A DNA stretch of 63,896 bases, filler included, from Octopus bimaculoides (taxonomy: Eukaryota), in NCBI RefSeq assembly GCF_001194135.2. It is 8 parts of 7 records of this genome, joined end to end, with 100 filler letters (N's around TTAATTAATTAA, not from the genome) between each part and the next. Parts side by side here need not be neighbours in the genome. Positions count along the whole stretch, not along the records: positions 61,171 to 63,896 come from NC_069002.1; 7 more parts are not named here. One strand, written 5' to 3'. Shown here piece after piece: positions 63,522 to 63,896 of the stretch. The translations under genes were made by a program, and so were the position numbers. Positions within the stretch are counted from its first letter, which is position 1. Each line of letters opens with the position of its first letter. The notes beneath the pieces were generated by a model, which worked only from the letters and a program-made list of their open reading frames with translations, was not told where the DNA came from and searched no databases.

Positions 63522-63896
63522 GTGTAGCATTATCGATTCTGGGATCATGTTTATCTGGCAATGGTTGGCGAGCCAGCTTCGTTATTTGCGCACTTAAATG
63601 ACTAAATCAGTTCGAGATGAACTGGCCTGGTAATTTGGCAAAAGACAATTAACGCTGATGACCTTTTATCTTTAATAATTAAGCTGATGCTAATTGATCG
63701 ACTAATCACGTGACTTGATTTGATCCCCACTAACAACTGATTTTTTGCAGCACCACCTAAATTACGGAATATATGTGTGTGTATGTGTGTGTGTGTGTGT
63801 GTAGATGCGAACGTGTGTGTGTATGTGTGTGTCTGTTTGTGTAAGCATATATATCTGTATATATGTATAGATGTCTTTTCCCTTCGTATATATATA

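Overview
Repeat-dense animal genomic DNA, about 15% N gaps. It is most consistent with an octopus genome (inference from the SINE/RTE repertoire, the extreme microsatellite load and the TTAATTAATTAA gap spacers). The only host coding sequence I can support is a 77-nt first coding exon of an ITPK1 (inositol-tetrakisphosphate 1-kinase) homolog at 31455-31531 (+), which the ORF track misses; the rest of the window to the right is probably its first intron. Everything else is transposon-derived or simple repeat: Tc1/mariner elements and MITEs, RTE and CR1/L2 LINEs, tRNA-derived SINEs with swappable LINE tails, a gag-integrase-deleted Gypsy, Merlin-like foldback MITEs and several Penelope-like elements (PLEs). 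The most interesting signal is a set of minimal type I hammerhead-ribozyme (HHR) motifs in at least four PLE-type repeat families. One lies in a 23.6-24.3 kb foldback in which a tRNA-derived (Pol III-type) head and an HHR share a PLE terminal repeat directly behind a GIY-YIG C-terminus. Two other families carry recurrent non-canonical catalytic cores. All alignments and folds were done by eye; repeat boundaries are approximate unless TIR/TSD coordinates are given.
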